From: Phoronis australis
Lineage: Eukaryota > Animalia > Phoronida
DNA: 64,000 bases
NCBI GenBank assembly: GCA_002633005.1
Contig: NMRA01000212.1
Span: 47,272 to 111,271, forward strand
Direction of reading: 5' to 3'
This document shows, piece by piece, positions 24,143-38,323 of the stretch (its first letter is position 1; every line of letters starts with the position of its first letter). A program made the translations under genes and the position numbers. The notes under the pieces are model-generated. The model ran no database searches, had not been told where the DNA came from, and saw only the letters and a list, made by a program, of their open reading frames with translations.

Positions 24143-26662
24143 CAGTGGCTGATCTAGGATATCGTAAGGGGGGGCCCAACATTATGTTTCGGGCAATCGC
24201 CCAAAGCACGGTTACATGCGCGCACTCAGCCCACAATCTAGAGGGGGCTTGACCCGGATGTTGTGGGTAACTGTCATTCAACTCCGTTGGACAGAAACTT
24301 CTCAAGAGCGGCCGCGACCTGCCCCCGCCCGACGCCTCCTTCCCAATTGTTCTTGCGACGGAAAAGCACCGGGTTTTGTGGCAGCCCGGCCTGTGTTTAC
24401 CGTGCTCAATATTCGGCGATAGAATTCAAAGATTTGTCCACGCTGAATAATTTTCTGAAATTCAAGTAAAGCCAAGGGGCGGCCTCGGTATTTTATGCAC
24501 ACCCGTTCGCTGCCGCGTTGGCGTAATCTGTGTGATGCGGCCGCGTGCTTCAACCATGACGACGGGGTGAGAGTTCTTCGCTTATTCGTCCCGTTAGAAA
24601 TACTTTTATATTAGAGGTAAGTGGCAGTGCCAAAGATACATATGTAAATCCATTTTTTGTCCATAAGTTTTGTGCGAGGCCCATGCAGTCAACGTTTTCC
24701 TTTGTCTCCGGCGTATAGGCTTACAACTACTAGCCCAGAGTCAACTGTTCAAAAGTTTTGCGTTTCCCGTTTTAATCATTCATTTTCAATGGCTTTAAGT
24801 TATGAAGTGGAATAAGTCCTGTTGCGGAATATTACGGTCATATACAGTATACAATCACCTCATATTTACATTTTGGGTTCAAATTGAATTGTAAACAAAG
24901 ACAGTTTCAAGTGTTCGGGGTTTTCCCATCAGGCCAGGTGTTAATATTTATCTGGCGGGTCGACCTCTTGCCACATTGGACTGGTACTGAATGACATAAT
25001 TTTGCAGGGCACTTTCTTTTTATGGTTAAAAGTTTTCAGTCAAGTTATCCAGTAAGATTGATTACGCCTAGAATCGCATTCGTATCTTTATGTGTGACAA
25101 TTTCATGATGTTGTGTGTGTCATGCCACATAATAGTTAATGAAAATCCAAACCTGTCAGAAATACGCAACTGGACTCGACCTGGCAGGCATTCTTTGTTA
25201 CGGTATGTTGCAGGTTAGTCAAACCTGATGGAAGCACCGGCAAACCTACCCTGAGTTCAGTAACGCTAGGACTTCGCTGAAAAGCAAGACTTCGCAAGAT
25301 TACGCCGTGAGATGCTCGCTGGTTCCCCGTGCGTGCTCAGCCCAGCTAGCAGCTACCGCCCCACCTAGCGGCACGCAGGGAACCAGCGAGCGTGAGATGT
25401 TGCCGTGTATTTTAAATGAGAACATGTCATGAGAAAACGCTGATGTATCAAAACGGCTCCCAAGTATATTTCATCGTTGTTTGTCTTTTCTCAGGTACCC
25501 GTTACTACAAAAAACAACTCAAGATTGGAAGTGCCTTATTGTAAATAATTATTTAAAAATCTCGATTATTGGCTGAAAACTTCATCTTCATAAGTGGAAA
25601 AGAGGGAGCAAAGAATTTTATTAGGCGAAGGACATTGAATTTTGCAGCCTGCGAAGTTTAATTCTCCGAGTCCATGAACCCAATCGAACATCTTTCGAAT
25701 ATCTGTGTCAAGGTTAGGTATTGGATACATTGAAAGGAAGCACGTGGTTAGACTCCATTTGCTGTAAGAAAACACCGTGTGAGACCAGCGTTCGAAATAC
25801 ACGCGGTGGCCGGGGGCCAGTGTATTTAAGGCGGGGCCACTAAACTTTCACATACAGGCTCTATGTGGATATGGTCTCATATTCAAGTAACTGACCCAGT
25901 GGTCCAGGACATTTACTTGCTGAAGGTCAAACACTGTGTGACACGTGTTCCGCAGAATCTGGATGTATTCTTCATGCCAAGGCCACTGCGCTTTCTCTTT
26001 GCCACTTTGCACAGCAATCGACTCCATGCTCTACTATGATGGAAATAGCACCAAGATACTGCAGCTAACCACGTGAAACCTACATTCATGAAAAGACCTG
26101 TACATGTGAATTTGAGGTAGGGTAATAAAGACACAATGCGTGTGTCTACTTCGTGGTACTACCGCCATCACATTTGTGTACGGTGAAATAACTATAACAA
26201 GTAACAATGGGATTCAACAAAAATGAAATTCGATAAGGAAAAAATGGATGACAATAGCAAATGATACTTAAAAGTATTGATAACAGCTTTTACGCCATAT
26301 TTTTATTTCGTAACTCAAGCATGAGCAACTTCCCATGTCAAGCGTAAAGCGGCTAATGCTGATTCCCTTGCACCAGCTGGAAACCGTATAATACTGTAAG
26401 AGGATGCGTGGTGGCGCCCTCTTGTAGATAGGACGGGAGTTCAAATCCGTGGGGTTTATTAAAGTTCCAGTTTTACACATTCTCAGTTTTTTTTGTTCTT
26501 TGACAATACTTCAGAAATCAAGGAAAATGCTTGTATTTAGAGGCAAAAACAAACTTTTTTCATGGGCAGCAGGAACGGGGGAAACCCCCTCCCGACCTCC
26601 CCCCATTCGGTGCTAACAAGACAAAATGTTGGGCGCCTAATGATATCCTAGATCCGCCACTG
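24143..26662. mobile_element. hAT-like non-autonomous DNA transposon
   Basis: ~45-bp imperfect TIRs CAGTGGC(T/G)GATCTAGGATATC..AGG..GCCCAACATT. No intact 8-bp TSD seen. Confidence 0.6.
25315..25390. mobile_element. 76-bp MITE with 9-bp TSD
   Basis: TIR CTCGCTGGTTCCC; flanked by the direct repeat CGTGAGATG (25306-25314 and 25391-25399). Confidence 0.75.
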
Positions 26663-28007
26663 TGTCATGCAAGTGGCGTAGCAGCAAAATTTTGTTTCTG
26701 CAGTAATGTTTAATTGCCGCGTGCTTGAAGCACATACATGCACAATAAACACACATCTGGTGTATTATTCATACTGAATGAATACAGGACAGCAACGTAA
26801 ACAAAAGTCAAAGACAGTAGAACGATGCACTCCGAAAAGGCGCAACCACAATTTTCTGGGATTCACATTTCTTGAACATAAATTTTAACCATCAATTTGT
26901 CTGTACAACAGGCTACATTTACTTTTTCACATTTTTCGGCAAGTTGGAAGCTTTGGGTGCGTGACATTTGCTTTTAGTCTGGAGAATGTTTGGCTACATG
27001 ATTGAAGTTCTCTGACACATGCGCAAATACTGTTCACCTCCGAAGAAAATATGACTGGATGAAAATACTCGAAATGTTCCGACCGCGATCACGGCATTAG
27101 GTGTGCGATCGTTAACTTCCACTATTTCTTTTTGTCAGGCAAAATCAATCGTCCATGCTTACGAAACTGTCTCAGTACGCTCTCAAAACAGTTCACCGAT
27201 TACGTTGCAGAGTCGCCACCAGCCGATACCACAGCTCGATTACAACGTACGCTACCGCACCAGCATCGTTCCCCAAAACCCCCAGCGAAGGGCAGTTCTG
27301 CAAGATCGCGCTCAAATAACAGACGTAATTACACCATTCTTAAAATATCCAGGCTTGTCAAACAATTGTTGGCAACTATATGTACTATCAGCTTGTGAGT
27401 TTAAAAATACGGATCACATCAGAATAGGGAAATGTGTAAGGTCAGCCACGATTTCACAGAGCCCGTTCTAGGTTCAGCATTTATACTCTTAGTTAGCCAT
27501 CGATGCAAAGAAAAAGCAATTCCTAAAGTTACTGCAATCGAACTTTTATTTCCATGACAACCACACAGTTTTTGCGTCCAAGCGACACGGCAAAATTCAT
27601 ATTGATGGCATTAATTCATGATCAAGCTCAGTTTTCGCTATTTTAAGAGAAACCTGTATTTCATTGTCGGAACCCTGTAGTGCCAATTTTTTAACATTGG
27701 CTTTGCTCACTCCATCTGTTTATCTACTACTGAATGCGCACGCGGTACGCATGCTTAACGACTCGAAGACTCCATTGTTGTCTTCCTGTGACGTAATAGA
27801 TCACGTCAAAGCCTGTTTAGGAAAATGTGTTTCCGGTCTTGACAGGTCTAAGGTCACGGTTCAGCCTTTGTAGCGCCCTCTCCTAAAAAATTTGTGGGTC
27901 AGGTTTGACGGTAATTATGTGAAGTAAATGGGAAGTGATTGGCAGGAATAGCATTTAATAGTTTTTGAAGTTGTTTTGAGTAAATGGGGTCCAGAATTGT
28001 GGCATAT

Positions 28008-28140
28008 GGCGTGCGTTCAGTAGACGCTAGTGCCTACGCTAGGACCTAGCTAAAACCTAGTCAAAGTCACGAGTTCTCATTTAAAATGTACGACAATATC
28101 TTACGTAATCTCGAGGTCCTAGCGTTACTGAACGGGAGGC
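28008..28140 (+). mobile_element. MITE family D copy
   Basis: Same termini; subterminal inverted repeat CGTTCAGTA(A)CGCTAG / CTAGCGTTACTGAACG. Confidence 0.75.
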
Positions 28141-28354
28141 TGTTCTTATTTTACCCGCATACGGAAGTCCCGCCATTTTCAGAGCACATCCTTGTTCAAT
28201 GTTGAAATTTTAGCTCGAATCTATGTCCTCTTCAGACAAATGCATTTACTCGTTTTTACGGTTCATGTAAGAAAACAAATAAGACGAGGGATTTTGATGA
28301 AATTTCCAAGAGGTTTTGCCCATGTCATAAACCTGAGACTCGTGTAGGATTCTC

Positions 28355-28835
28355 TATTTACGTGAAAAAGTAGTTTCTACGAACTCCTGCGAGAAATAGT
28401 CAAGTCTCAGAATGAGAAATTTATATGCACTTTAAAATGATTAGATGCATGTAAATTAAGCACGTAAAAAATTTAACTACCCAAAATTATATCTCAGTGT
28501 TGAAAATCCATTCTAGTTCGATGATATTCAGCGACTCTCTCAGAATAAGGATTTTGGAAAAGCTGCTTTCTTGCGAATAAACTTTAAGAACATTTGTAGA
28601 CAAAAGAATCGTGTTAATTTTATACTGAAGCAAAGAAGAAAGATTCTTACTTGGTAAGACATCGAAAAGATTTTTATTTTGATAGGGTTCTCAATCAGAT
28701 ATGATTTTGTGTGGTTAAATTTTTTCATGCTTAATTTACATGTATCTATTCATTACAAACTACAAATAAATTTCGCATTCTAGGAGTTCACCATATTTCA
28801 CAGGAGTGCGTAGAAACGACTTTTTTTACATGCAA
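28355..28835. repeat. Diverged long inverted repeat (fold-back element)
   Basis: TTTCTACGAACTCCTG...CATGTAAATTAAGCA...AAAAATTTAAC is mirrored at 28680-28835. Confidence 0.6.
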
Positions 28836-29025
28836 CATATATTTCTATCTAGCGGATATGTACTACGATAACTAGACACCCGAGCTCAGTTAACGTTTGC
28901 TTTCACGTTCGGGTGAAAATTTAGCTGTTGCGAAACCTATTTTTGTTAGTGTAACGTGAATCGGTACGCGCAATTAATTGTGTGCGTCATAATTCACGTT
29001 CACGTCTCTTTGCGAAACCTCTCTA

Positions 29026-31040
29026 TGATATATTATACCACAATATTAGCCTCAAATGGCAGATACAACCGTGTAATAACCCATAAAGTTATCTCACTAG
29101 TGAGATAACGATTTGGCGGGAAACCGAGGACGGGGTCGAAACCGGGACCCTAATATTGCTGGTCGCCGACTTTACCACTACACCACGCAGCGACTGACGT
29201 CATCAAGAGTGAAAATAGAATACTTAAATGAGCACGCGCAATAATCGCACGTTCAACAAACCGCATTGNNNNNNNNNNNNNNNNNNNNNNNNNNNNNNNN
29301 NNNNNNNNNNNNNNNNNNNNNNNNNNNNNNNNNNNNNNNNNNNNNNNNNNNNNNNNNNNNNNNNNNNNNNNNNNNNNNNNNNNNNNNNNNNNNNNNNNNN
29401 NNNNNNNNNNNNNNNNNNNNNNNNNNNNNNNNNNNNNNNNNNNNNNNNNNNNNNNNNNNNNNNNNNNNNNNNNNNNNNNNNNNNNNNNNNNNNNNNNNNN
29501 NNNNNNNNNNNNNNNNNNNNNNNNNNNNNNNNNNNNNNNNNNNNNNNNNNNNNNNNNNNNNNNNNNNNNNNNNNNNNNNNNNNNNNNNNNNNNNNNNNNN
29601 NNNNNNNNNNNNNNNNNNNNNNNNNNNNNNNNNNNNNNNNNNNNNNNNNNNNNNNNNNNNNNNNNNNNNNNNNNNNNNNNNNNNNNNNNNNNNNNNNNNN
29701 NNNNNNNNNNNNNNNNNNNNNNNNNNNNNNNNNNNNNNNNNNNNNNNNNNNNNNNNNNNNNNNNNNNNNNNNNNNNNNNNNNNNNNNNNNNNNNNNNNNN
29801 NNNNNNNNNNNNNNNNNNNNNNNNNNNNNGCGGCAGTGTGACACAGGACTAACCAGCCCGTAATTTCATGCAAGTGTCTGAAACTACCCTTGAATATATG
29901 CAGCATTTATCATTTGACCATTTTACTTTGACAAAACAGTTTGCAACCGCATGCATTTACCATTCGCCAGTGTCTGGTCTCGATCCGCACATGGTCCGAT
30001 AGGCTGCGGTCCCGAGTCTGGCAAAATAATTTCTGTCAAAATTTATTCGCCACATTTCTTCAGCAAATTCCATAAAATTGTCCGTAGTTTGATTTTATCA
30101 AAATTAAGGCGCGCCGTCGATTTTTTATCCCCGTTTGCTGGCTGGTAACAGTACAGGCACTGCTCCAGTCGCACTGACGGCGTTTTCTCGGCCTGGGTTC
30201 CTGAATGAATTGTACTTCCGGGTTCGCGGCAAGTTCAAAATGGCGGTGTTTCTTCGGGTGCGAATCGTGAGTGGCGCGTTCATTTAAACTGTTTTCGAGT
30301 ACGGATCGTGTATTAGTTATGGGGTAGGTACTTCTTGGATCCTTATAACATCTTCTAACCATGTAATAAGGGTTAACAACGCGTGAGAGAAGGACTTTAA
30401 ATGAGTACGCGCAACAATCGCATGTTCAGCAAAGAGCATTGCACCGACATTAATACGCTATGAAAAATAAAACGCATAATTTCCATAAAAACGATATTTT
30501 AATTCAGTGAAATTTTTCTCTCGTGTTCTCTCACTTGTAAATCACCGATCTCCAATTTGAATGCGGGTATCGTGTCGTCGGGATCCTTTGACTTGAGCAT
30601 TATACTCAGTTACTATTGGTAAACTACTTTAGCAGACGCTATTACCCCGGTCGAAGCTTAGCGTGATAAAATGTGTAGTAAGCTATAATAGTTGCTAAAG
30701 CTTAATTTATAGATTCACTTTATTTCTATTTTGTTTAAATTTTCAATTGGTTTTAAGTAAAAGCATTATTTGACAAAAATAGCTCGGCTTTTCTTAAAAG
30801 GTCACGACCTCCGACCACGGGCCTCTGACATAGCCGAGACAAGTCGACAAAGGTAGATCGATTCATTGCACTGTTTCTCGTTCAGTATGTGGTATAAATC
30901 GATTATTACATGTTCTCAGTAGTTATCCCCCGTTATCTAGAGCCCTCGTGTATTTTGTAGAATTATATAATATAATTCTCCAAAATCCACTCGGGCTCTA
31001 GATAACGGGGGATAACGACTTAGCCATGTAATAATCTATA
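29026..31040. mobile_element. Repeat family B copy (or copies), interrupted by the gap and the TTAA element
   Basis: Similarity to 39815-40637 on both sides of the gap and insert. Confidence 0.65.
29830..30396. mobile_element. Second copy (right end) of the TTAA element; left part lost in the N gap
   Basis: Clear colinear similarity to 17379-17917; ends GGACT|TTAA. Confidence 0.8.
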
Positions 31041-33724
31041 TTTATATCGATTTAAACGAGGGCGAATACATTTATCATACATATCGCGTGAACTGTTTTT
31101 AAGATGAGCATTTACGCGAATCTTCAGGGTTCTTTGAGGCAGGATCTGTTTATTTGTCGTTGCAGAAGAAATTTGAACTCATGAAGTGTGTGTTTATTCC
31201 ATGTAAAATGTCAACAATTATAAACTAATCAACACACGGAACAAACTAACATGAAACAACGAATTAATAGACAAATAGACTTATGCTACTTATTCTACTT
31301 ATACTAATAATAATATTAGGTTGCGTGTTTGCGTACTTTAAAAACACCGGTTTCAGCTTAATTTTAATAAAGCTTATTGAAATGAAAGTCTTAGTTGGTA
31401 TTTGACGGAAAAGTTTATGCGTTGAGCTATATGTTTGGTTCAGTTGTCATTTGTACGGTGTTTCTTAATTATTGGTGACATTAACACCAGTACAGGATTG
31501 TGATCCGTGAGGGGTACTATAGATAATTTTAAATAACAAAATTTATTCTCATAAATTTGGTCCGCCAGATCAGTACCGCAATCCTCACGGCATCTCTAGA
31601 GATGATAACGGTTATCTTCTCCAGAGACTACACCAAAGAGTACTTCTGACCTATTTCACGGTTTCATAACACAGTTCCCGGCCGTATCATCACCTATGCA
31701 TGATAATAAATATGTTATTCAGAAGACAAACACAAAATCAGGTCATGCACAATGCGTGGTGCGAAAAGCATTTAAGCGAGTTAGACTAAATTTCAATTTA
31801 TCGTTGAATAAAAAATCTTTGCTGTACTTTGGTCTTTGTTTATTTGATAACATTAGGGTTTGTCGAATTAGCTTGTCCGTTACAATTGCCCATACACAGA
31901 CACCTCTGACAAAACGTGAATTTACAAGAGTTACTGAAAAGACGCTTTTAGTTAAATTAATAATTGAAATCTGTTTGAAAATGGTTTAATTTCGTTGCCA
32001 GATGTTAGTTTTATGTTTTAACGGCTTTAACTTTAATCGTGTTTTCAGGCTTAGGGATTTTTTACGCTGACGAAAGAAGACGGGGTTTTCTTGATATTCA
32101 ATATTCTGAAGAGAATAGTTTAGGGGGGGTAACATTTCTCCATACGAATTGCTATCGACTGAACGTGGCTATAGTAAAGTTATTGCTTACAGTACATTTA
32201 AATTGATAATTTCAAATTTAAAAAATACGTAGAACAGTAAAACTCTGCGCCTGCTCGCGCAACGTAATTATAATATTCTATATGGACCGCAGGCATTTGT
32301 ACTTGGAATAAACTGAGCTGTCACTGTAACAAATGCGCTTAGATATGCTGTTTTACTAAAGAACCCCTGTCGTGGTTGAAGGCATTCTGGCTGACCAGAG
32401 ACATAAACCACAAGAAATGGAGCATGTCCATATTTTGTGACAGGCATGTCACTCTAACTAGCTTTGGTGTACACTGTATCCAAAAATGTAGAACGGGTAC
32501 GAGGAATGCACACAATCGATAAGGTGCTCAAAATATGCTTGTTAGAGAAATTGTTATGAATTGATGGGACCATTTCACACAGCAATGTCTCCAATAAAAT
32601 CAAAACGAGACGGGGCTTAATGGTCTGGTAACGCTTCGAAAGGAACTGTTTACTATTTTAATGTTAACTTTAAAACTGGAAAATTTGAATTAGCTGCACA
32701 AAACTGTTTATGTTTCGTGGCTGTTGTGGCCCAGATTCATTGTGGGTTGGAACGAATAATTATTCAAAAGTTAAACTTGCGGTTCCCTGCACAAAACCCT
32801 TCAATTTCAAATTTGAACTTACCTTTATGAGTTCATACTGAAGTCGACCAGAAAATCGTCGAGTTTGAGTTTGCCGAATTGAAAATTTTATTTCGGGCTC
32901 TGCCAGGGTAATTCCTCATAGTGGCTACTAAGTGCATCTGGACAATGAGAAATAGGTTCTATTTAGTCTGGAAATGTGTTTGAAAAAGACTTTAGTTACG
33001 AAAATAGGCTTCTTGAATTTGGCTGAACTATAAAGAAACGCACGGGTTTTGCTTTCAAGAAGTGCTTACCAGTAGGCTGATTATAGACTTAGATGAACCA
33101 GTTAGTGACTGACGTACTCGCGCGATTTGTGTTAATAATGCTTGGACATGTGCATGTAATCTTGTGGCGCTTGACGTGATGTGTCCCAGAGGTTTGTGTG
33201 ACCTTGACGACCTCGAAATAAACTTGCGTTACCGGTGAACGCAACCCTGGACCAGCGTTATTGACCTCTCTTAACGATGTTGCCCTTGCCGCAGAAACGG
33301 GTATAATTTTTGTTTGTTCCAGAGTCTTGTCCCGGGGAGTACTCCTAGAACGGGTATACGGGACGTGCCACTCAGAAGGGTGGCTATTTCACTATCAGTT
33401 TCCCTACGAAAGGGCGCCTCTTAATTCTGACAAAAGACTCTACCGAATAGTAACATGTTCCGATTGTATCGTCTATCAACTAAATCGCTTTGGGAGCTCG
33501 AAACTCTATAAAAGGCTCTTTTCCAACTGTGCAACAGAGGGGTATTCGATGTTTTGTATATATTCAAAACTTTAGTCGCAAAATGTGCTCATTTTGACAA
33601 CATGTCCTCTCTCATTGAATCATTTTGACGGGGTTGGGATTTACCCCTAAAAAAGGTGTTTTAAAACAAAACTCTATGAAAAGGTGTCTATTTCATGGAA
33701 GATCCATACAATTGCGTCCCTGTT

Positions 33725-34130
33725 TCAAAGCCTTTCTTTAAGGTTATGTAGGTCTTTTTTGACAAGTCTGCGCATTTAGCAAATTATGTTTAAAATCTCT
33801 GTAAAATATATATATTTTGAAAGTAGAAAGTCTGTAAAGTTTGATTTTTGACTTCTAAGCAGCCATGTCTTCTGAGTAAAACTTTGCAAACAGAAAATGT
33901 ACAATGGTAACAAAACAGCAGAATCAATAACATGATCGAGTTATATTTGATAAATGTTCAAGGTGAGATATCAAATACAAAATATCATTTCGCTTTCGTT
34001 TTATGCTGATAAAAATCATAAAAGTCCTGTTTTCGATAGCCCCTCATGGAAAAGTGAAATTTTTTAAAAATAATTTCTAACAGCGTTTTTTGAAAACAGT
34101 CCATAAAGCATAGTATCTAATGGGTGTTCT
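33725..34130 (+). repeat. Interspersed repeat family, also at ~45060-45440 and 7130-7200
   Basis: Shared blocks GTAAAA.TATATAT.TT.TGAAAGTA.AAAG, GATAGCCCC.CATG and GCATAGTATCT. Confidence 0.6.
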
Positions 34131-36039
34131 AATTTTTAGCTGCACCCCCGTCAAAATATAGTCGAGTACAACTTGGGGTCTGTGTTCAAGTCGAGTGTAA
34201 TTTACCCATGCCAAATGACCTCGTATGAAGGACGCAAGGTATTGTTTAATTTGTGAGATTCATGCGACGGGCGTATTTTACTGTTGCTATTATTATTCCA
34301 CGTACACATGAACGTGTGCAGAGAATCGTTTTTTGACATATACGTAGAAAATAAATCTGAAACTAAATGAGATAATCTACTGAGCTCCTCTCAGTGAAAG
34401 ATAATATTGTTGGACGAAACGTAGACTATACATAAAAATAAAAGTATAATTTTCGGATACAATTACATCCTTTCTCAACTTAAACAGAAATAAAGTAAAA
34501 TCAAGCACGGCATGAGATAAAATGTAAGACAACTTAATAATGTGTCATTCATAATGTAAACGTTTTTTTTTTCATTTTATAGTATATTTGTGGCGAACTT
34601 AAGGTCAGTTAGCGTTATCCTCTCCTTTGGCCTGCCGACCACAACATTAATTGATGAGAGCCATCAACAAATCATGACGATTCTTCCTTAGTAACTAATT
34701 GAACAATCAATTGTCATAGCCACGTTTGGTCTACCGACAGACTAGTCGACTCAAAACTCCCATAATGCCTCGGTCACTTAAAGCTTCCGACGCAGATCCG
34801 ATGAGTTTAACTGTGACAGAAAAATGACCATAGTGACCGACTGTCGGATTATTATCGGAGTCACCCACAGGCAGTTGCGGGAGTCAAAAATCGCCAAATA
34901 GAAGTATTGCTCCGATAAGACATCGCACGAGCATGTTTAACACCGGAATAAAACTCAAGATCGGCGGGATCGGCCGAACATAGCAGATATGTGACTAGGG
35001 CATTAAGTGTGACATCAAATAGTTAAAAAGTGATAATAAACCAGTGAGCGTTACGTTGAAGAAAACAAATTTTGACTTGGACCAATTACCGTTATAAAAT
35101 TGGTCTCGGCATGTTTCTTACTCTGTTGAGAAGAAATTTTTGGCTTTAGGAAGAACTGACAATTCTTTATTTCTCAAGACCATACTAGGTGAATAAATTG
35201 ACCACGTGGTAAATCAACTTGTTCACATTTATCTAAAGACATAATGAAATGTAAGCTCTTTCTAAATTCAGATAGCACACCTAGTTTGACTAAGGAACAA
35301 TTTGAGGCCAATTTCAAAACCGCAAGTGATCGAGAAAAAAATGTTTTGTGACGAATGCCGGGTTTACTACCGCGTTAAAGTTCTTTTCTAAATGACAATT
35401 ATGAACCTGAAAAATGCATTTTCATGATTTTGTGATGACTCACACTGCTGAATTGCTAAAATGCTCTATTCTTAACTCATACATTGTTCTAAAGCTTGGC
35501 TTAATGTCCGTGTATAATAATATTAATTTCAAATGAAATTTTTTCACCGAATGAGAGACGGTCATGGAACGGCATTAGCTGTCATCAAGCGGGGAGAAGG
35601 CTTGGGGTTCGGCAATATGGTCATCAATGACGTATGTCTCTGCTCGTTGCCAGAACCAACATGGGTGAAGAATGGTCCCCACACGCATGCGTATGAAGCT
35701 GCATGATAAAAGTAGTCAGCAAAGCAATCGGACAAGCGTCACCTGACAATTCCTCTTAAGGCAACATGGCCGGAAGATAACAAAATTCCCCAGACTATAG
35801 TCTAGAAGTTGGAATGCTGCACTGACAACCGGTTGGTCCCAGATTCAAATCCCACTGTGTATCAAAAAAATGCAATCCCGAAAAGTCCTAAGCATTGACC
35901 ACCATGAATGTACCCATGATACGCGCGCTCGTTTGTCTGAGGATGCTGTCAGTAACATCTGAAGATGACCGAAACGTCGTGCCAATGTAAGTAGACGAGA
36001 TGCTGATTTTAGAAATGATGATGAACTGAATATACTTAC

Positions 36040-36310
36040 AGTTAACGCACGGATCCACACTAGGTGAAGGCTCTTTGCCGCCTTGAGCACCCGACCCCGG
36101 CGCCTGTGGCGCAGCACACTGGCATACACAGGGCGAGCCGCCTCCGGCGAAGTGAACAAGTATTCCCACTCCCACAGCAATGGCAATTGCCAAAAGTGCC
36201 AGGACGAAGCCGATAGCAGTACTAACATGGCAGCCACTGGATCGCTTGCCGGAACCCATTATTTCAGTACCACTGGAAATATCAGACAATTCAAAATTGT
36301 CGCTACCCAT
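36040..36310 (-). CDS. M1 aminopeptidase (APN-like) coding exon 1: cytoplasmic tail, type II signal-anchor TM helix, start of Cys-rich stalk
   Basis: MGSDNFELSDIS...GCHVSTAIGFVLALLAIAIAVGVGILVHFAGG...PCVN. The phase-1 donor (T|gtaagt) matches the phase-1 acceptor of exon 9664-10168 (joined: PCVN-C-PCSTD). Typical APN topology. Confidence 0.85.
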
Positions 36311-38323
36311 CCGGACTTCAGGTGAGAATCCCGCCTACTGACTGAAACCTCTCCTTGGATTACCTTATCAATATGTAGGGATTTTTGCGGACGAAAGCGT
36401 TATCTGCAACCTCATCAGTCGATGAACTTCGGACCATGTCGTTTAACCAATAATAACGCGGTTAAACTAAATACATCAATTTCAAAAACACATTACAATT
36501 ATTTTAAAACCAATTATATATATGCATTCAAATTCAGTGTTTGGTTACATGTCTAAACAGATATGTCTTTAGCAATAACTTCAAAGATTCCGCGGCTGCA
36601 CATCTCTGGTTTCGGATGTTAAGGCAATTCGTGCCGCGTAATGGCGAAACGATTTGTTGTACACGGGTTATGATCGGGTAATAACAACACTAACAGCATA
36701 TGGTTTGCAGAAATGTTGCTAATGGCATCCCTGTACTAGTCACTAACGACTGATATGAAGATGTCGGCTGATGATGAAGACAAGTCTTAGAACTACACCG
36801 ACGGTGTGGGCTGGGTTTTGTGTCTTTTCATGAATTCGTCATGAGTAACGAGTGCTCGATACCACTGAGAACAATATCAAATGACAAAAGAAAAACAAAT
36901 TTAGTTTTACGAATACAATATGTACATAACATTCTTAGAGTTTTAAAAACTAAAACTGTGATATAAAAGAAATAGAAAAGGTGGTTATGAAGAGTTGTGT
37001 ACGAATTCATCATAATACGATCAACATGTCATGGAGACCAGTTTCGTAATTGTATCTTTGTGGTGAATTCGTACAGTAATTTTGAAACTAGAGAAGACTA
37101 GAAATCTTTAAGACCATCCGTACTTGACATGTGCGTAGACTGTAGTTACAAACTGGTAAACTACCAAGATATTTAAACAAACAGAAATAGTAAAAGGGGA
37201 CACTCGGGTCTCATATTTGCGAATTTTCTCCTAGCCTGTGGAAGTAAGTAAACAATTATAACTGTAATCGGTGTTAAATACCTATACGCCAACGCTTCTG
37301 CCGCAAGTAATTACGAGTAACGAAACCAAATCAAGCTTTGTTTTTGAGTTTTAAGAGTTTTACCAGTGATGAGTGCGCGTTTTGCTCATTACGAATTCGT
37401 ATGCGCAGCACAGGACATCACCGAGATTACTCATTATCTGATAGGTAACAGAGAAATACCGAGTTTAAATGACAAATGATATATTTACACCGCCTAAAGT
37501 GAAGTTGGTTATATGGGCGGTGTACGCTACCCAATGGAATAAAATTCACTTCCATGAAATTAGCAAGACACGTTGAATTCGGCTGACATGATGGAAGACG
37601 AAATTATTTTTCGAAATGAAGACGAAACCAAGATCTCTACACGTTTAGACGTCTGACTGTTTCATGTATGTCCACTAGTTTTGATGTTATGTCAACTATT
37701 GCCATGTTTCCGATATGTAAGCCGCTTGCAGGAAATGCAATCTTTAGCGGAAAGGTACCGAAATCTGCACACGTGTTGAACACGTTAGCCGGGGATGGTC
37801 TGTTCAGCACTAGTTCTAAAGTTGTGTAGATGTTCGACAAAGCTCCCTAGACAACACAACTACTTACTGTCACACTATCTCAAAAAGTCAAATATTTGAA
37901 TTCAAGTCTATAACCTAAAACTCCTCCACCATATTAGCCGGTAATCTGATCAGCCCCGGAACCAAATTTTCCTGGTCGTTATCACCTCCCTGCAAATACC
38001 TGCCTCGATAAAATTTACCTAAAACTGTTTTGAAATTAATTGAAGTTTAAGGAATATCTTGGAGACAAACGAAGTGCTTGTTCATCCGCTATATCGCAAA
38101 AATCAGTTGCAAAAATTGTCACTGACTAAAAAATTAAAATTTACGAGTGATTTAGTTAGCTGGGACGGATTGCAAAAATGTTGCACTTTGGATAGCAACA
38201 ATGGACACTGCAACATCACATGTCGCGTTGCTATTAATAAACATTGCACTTGATGTCACGAGACCCTCAGTGGATAACTGTTATTCAACCCAGCCCTGTA
38301 CAAGAAATCAGTGTGATAAAATC

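Noticed and set aside
29224-29906. Long ORFs over N runs (also at 58955-59314 and 62603-62985)
   Set aside because: Artefacts of assembly gaps.
35959-35980. Hammerhead-like CTGAAGA..GAAAC core (similar at ~62014-62040 and 15613-15630)
   Set aside because: Helix II and helices I/III could not be formed convincingly.
10169-36039. Alternative first exons or nested genes in the 26-kb intron
   Set aside because: No ATG-led, phase-1, signal/TM-encoding exon or recognisable host protein was found by eye; the short ORFs look random or TE-derived.
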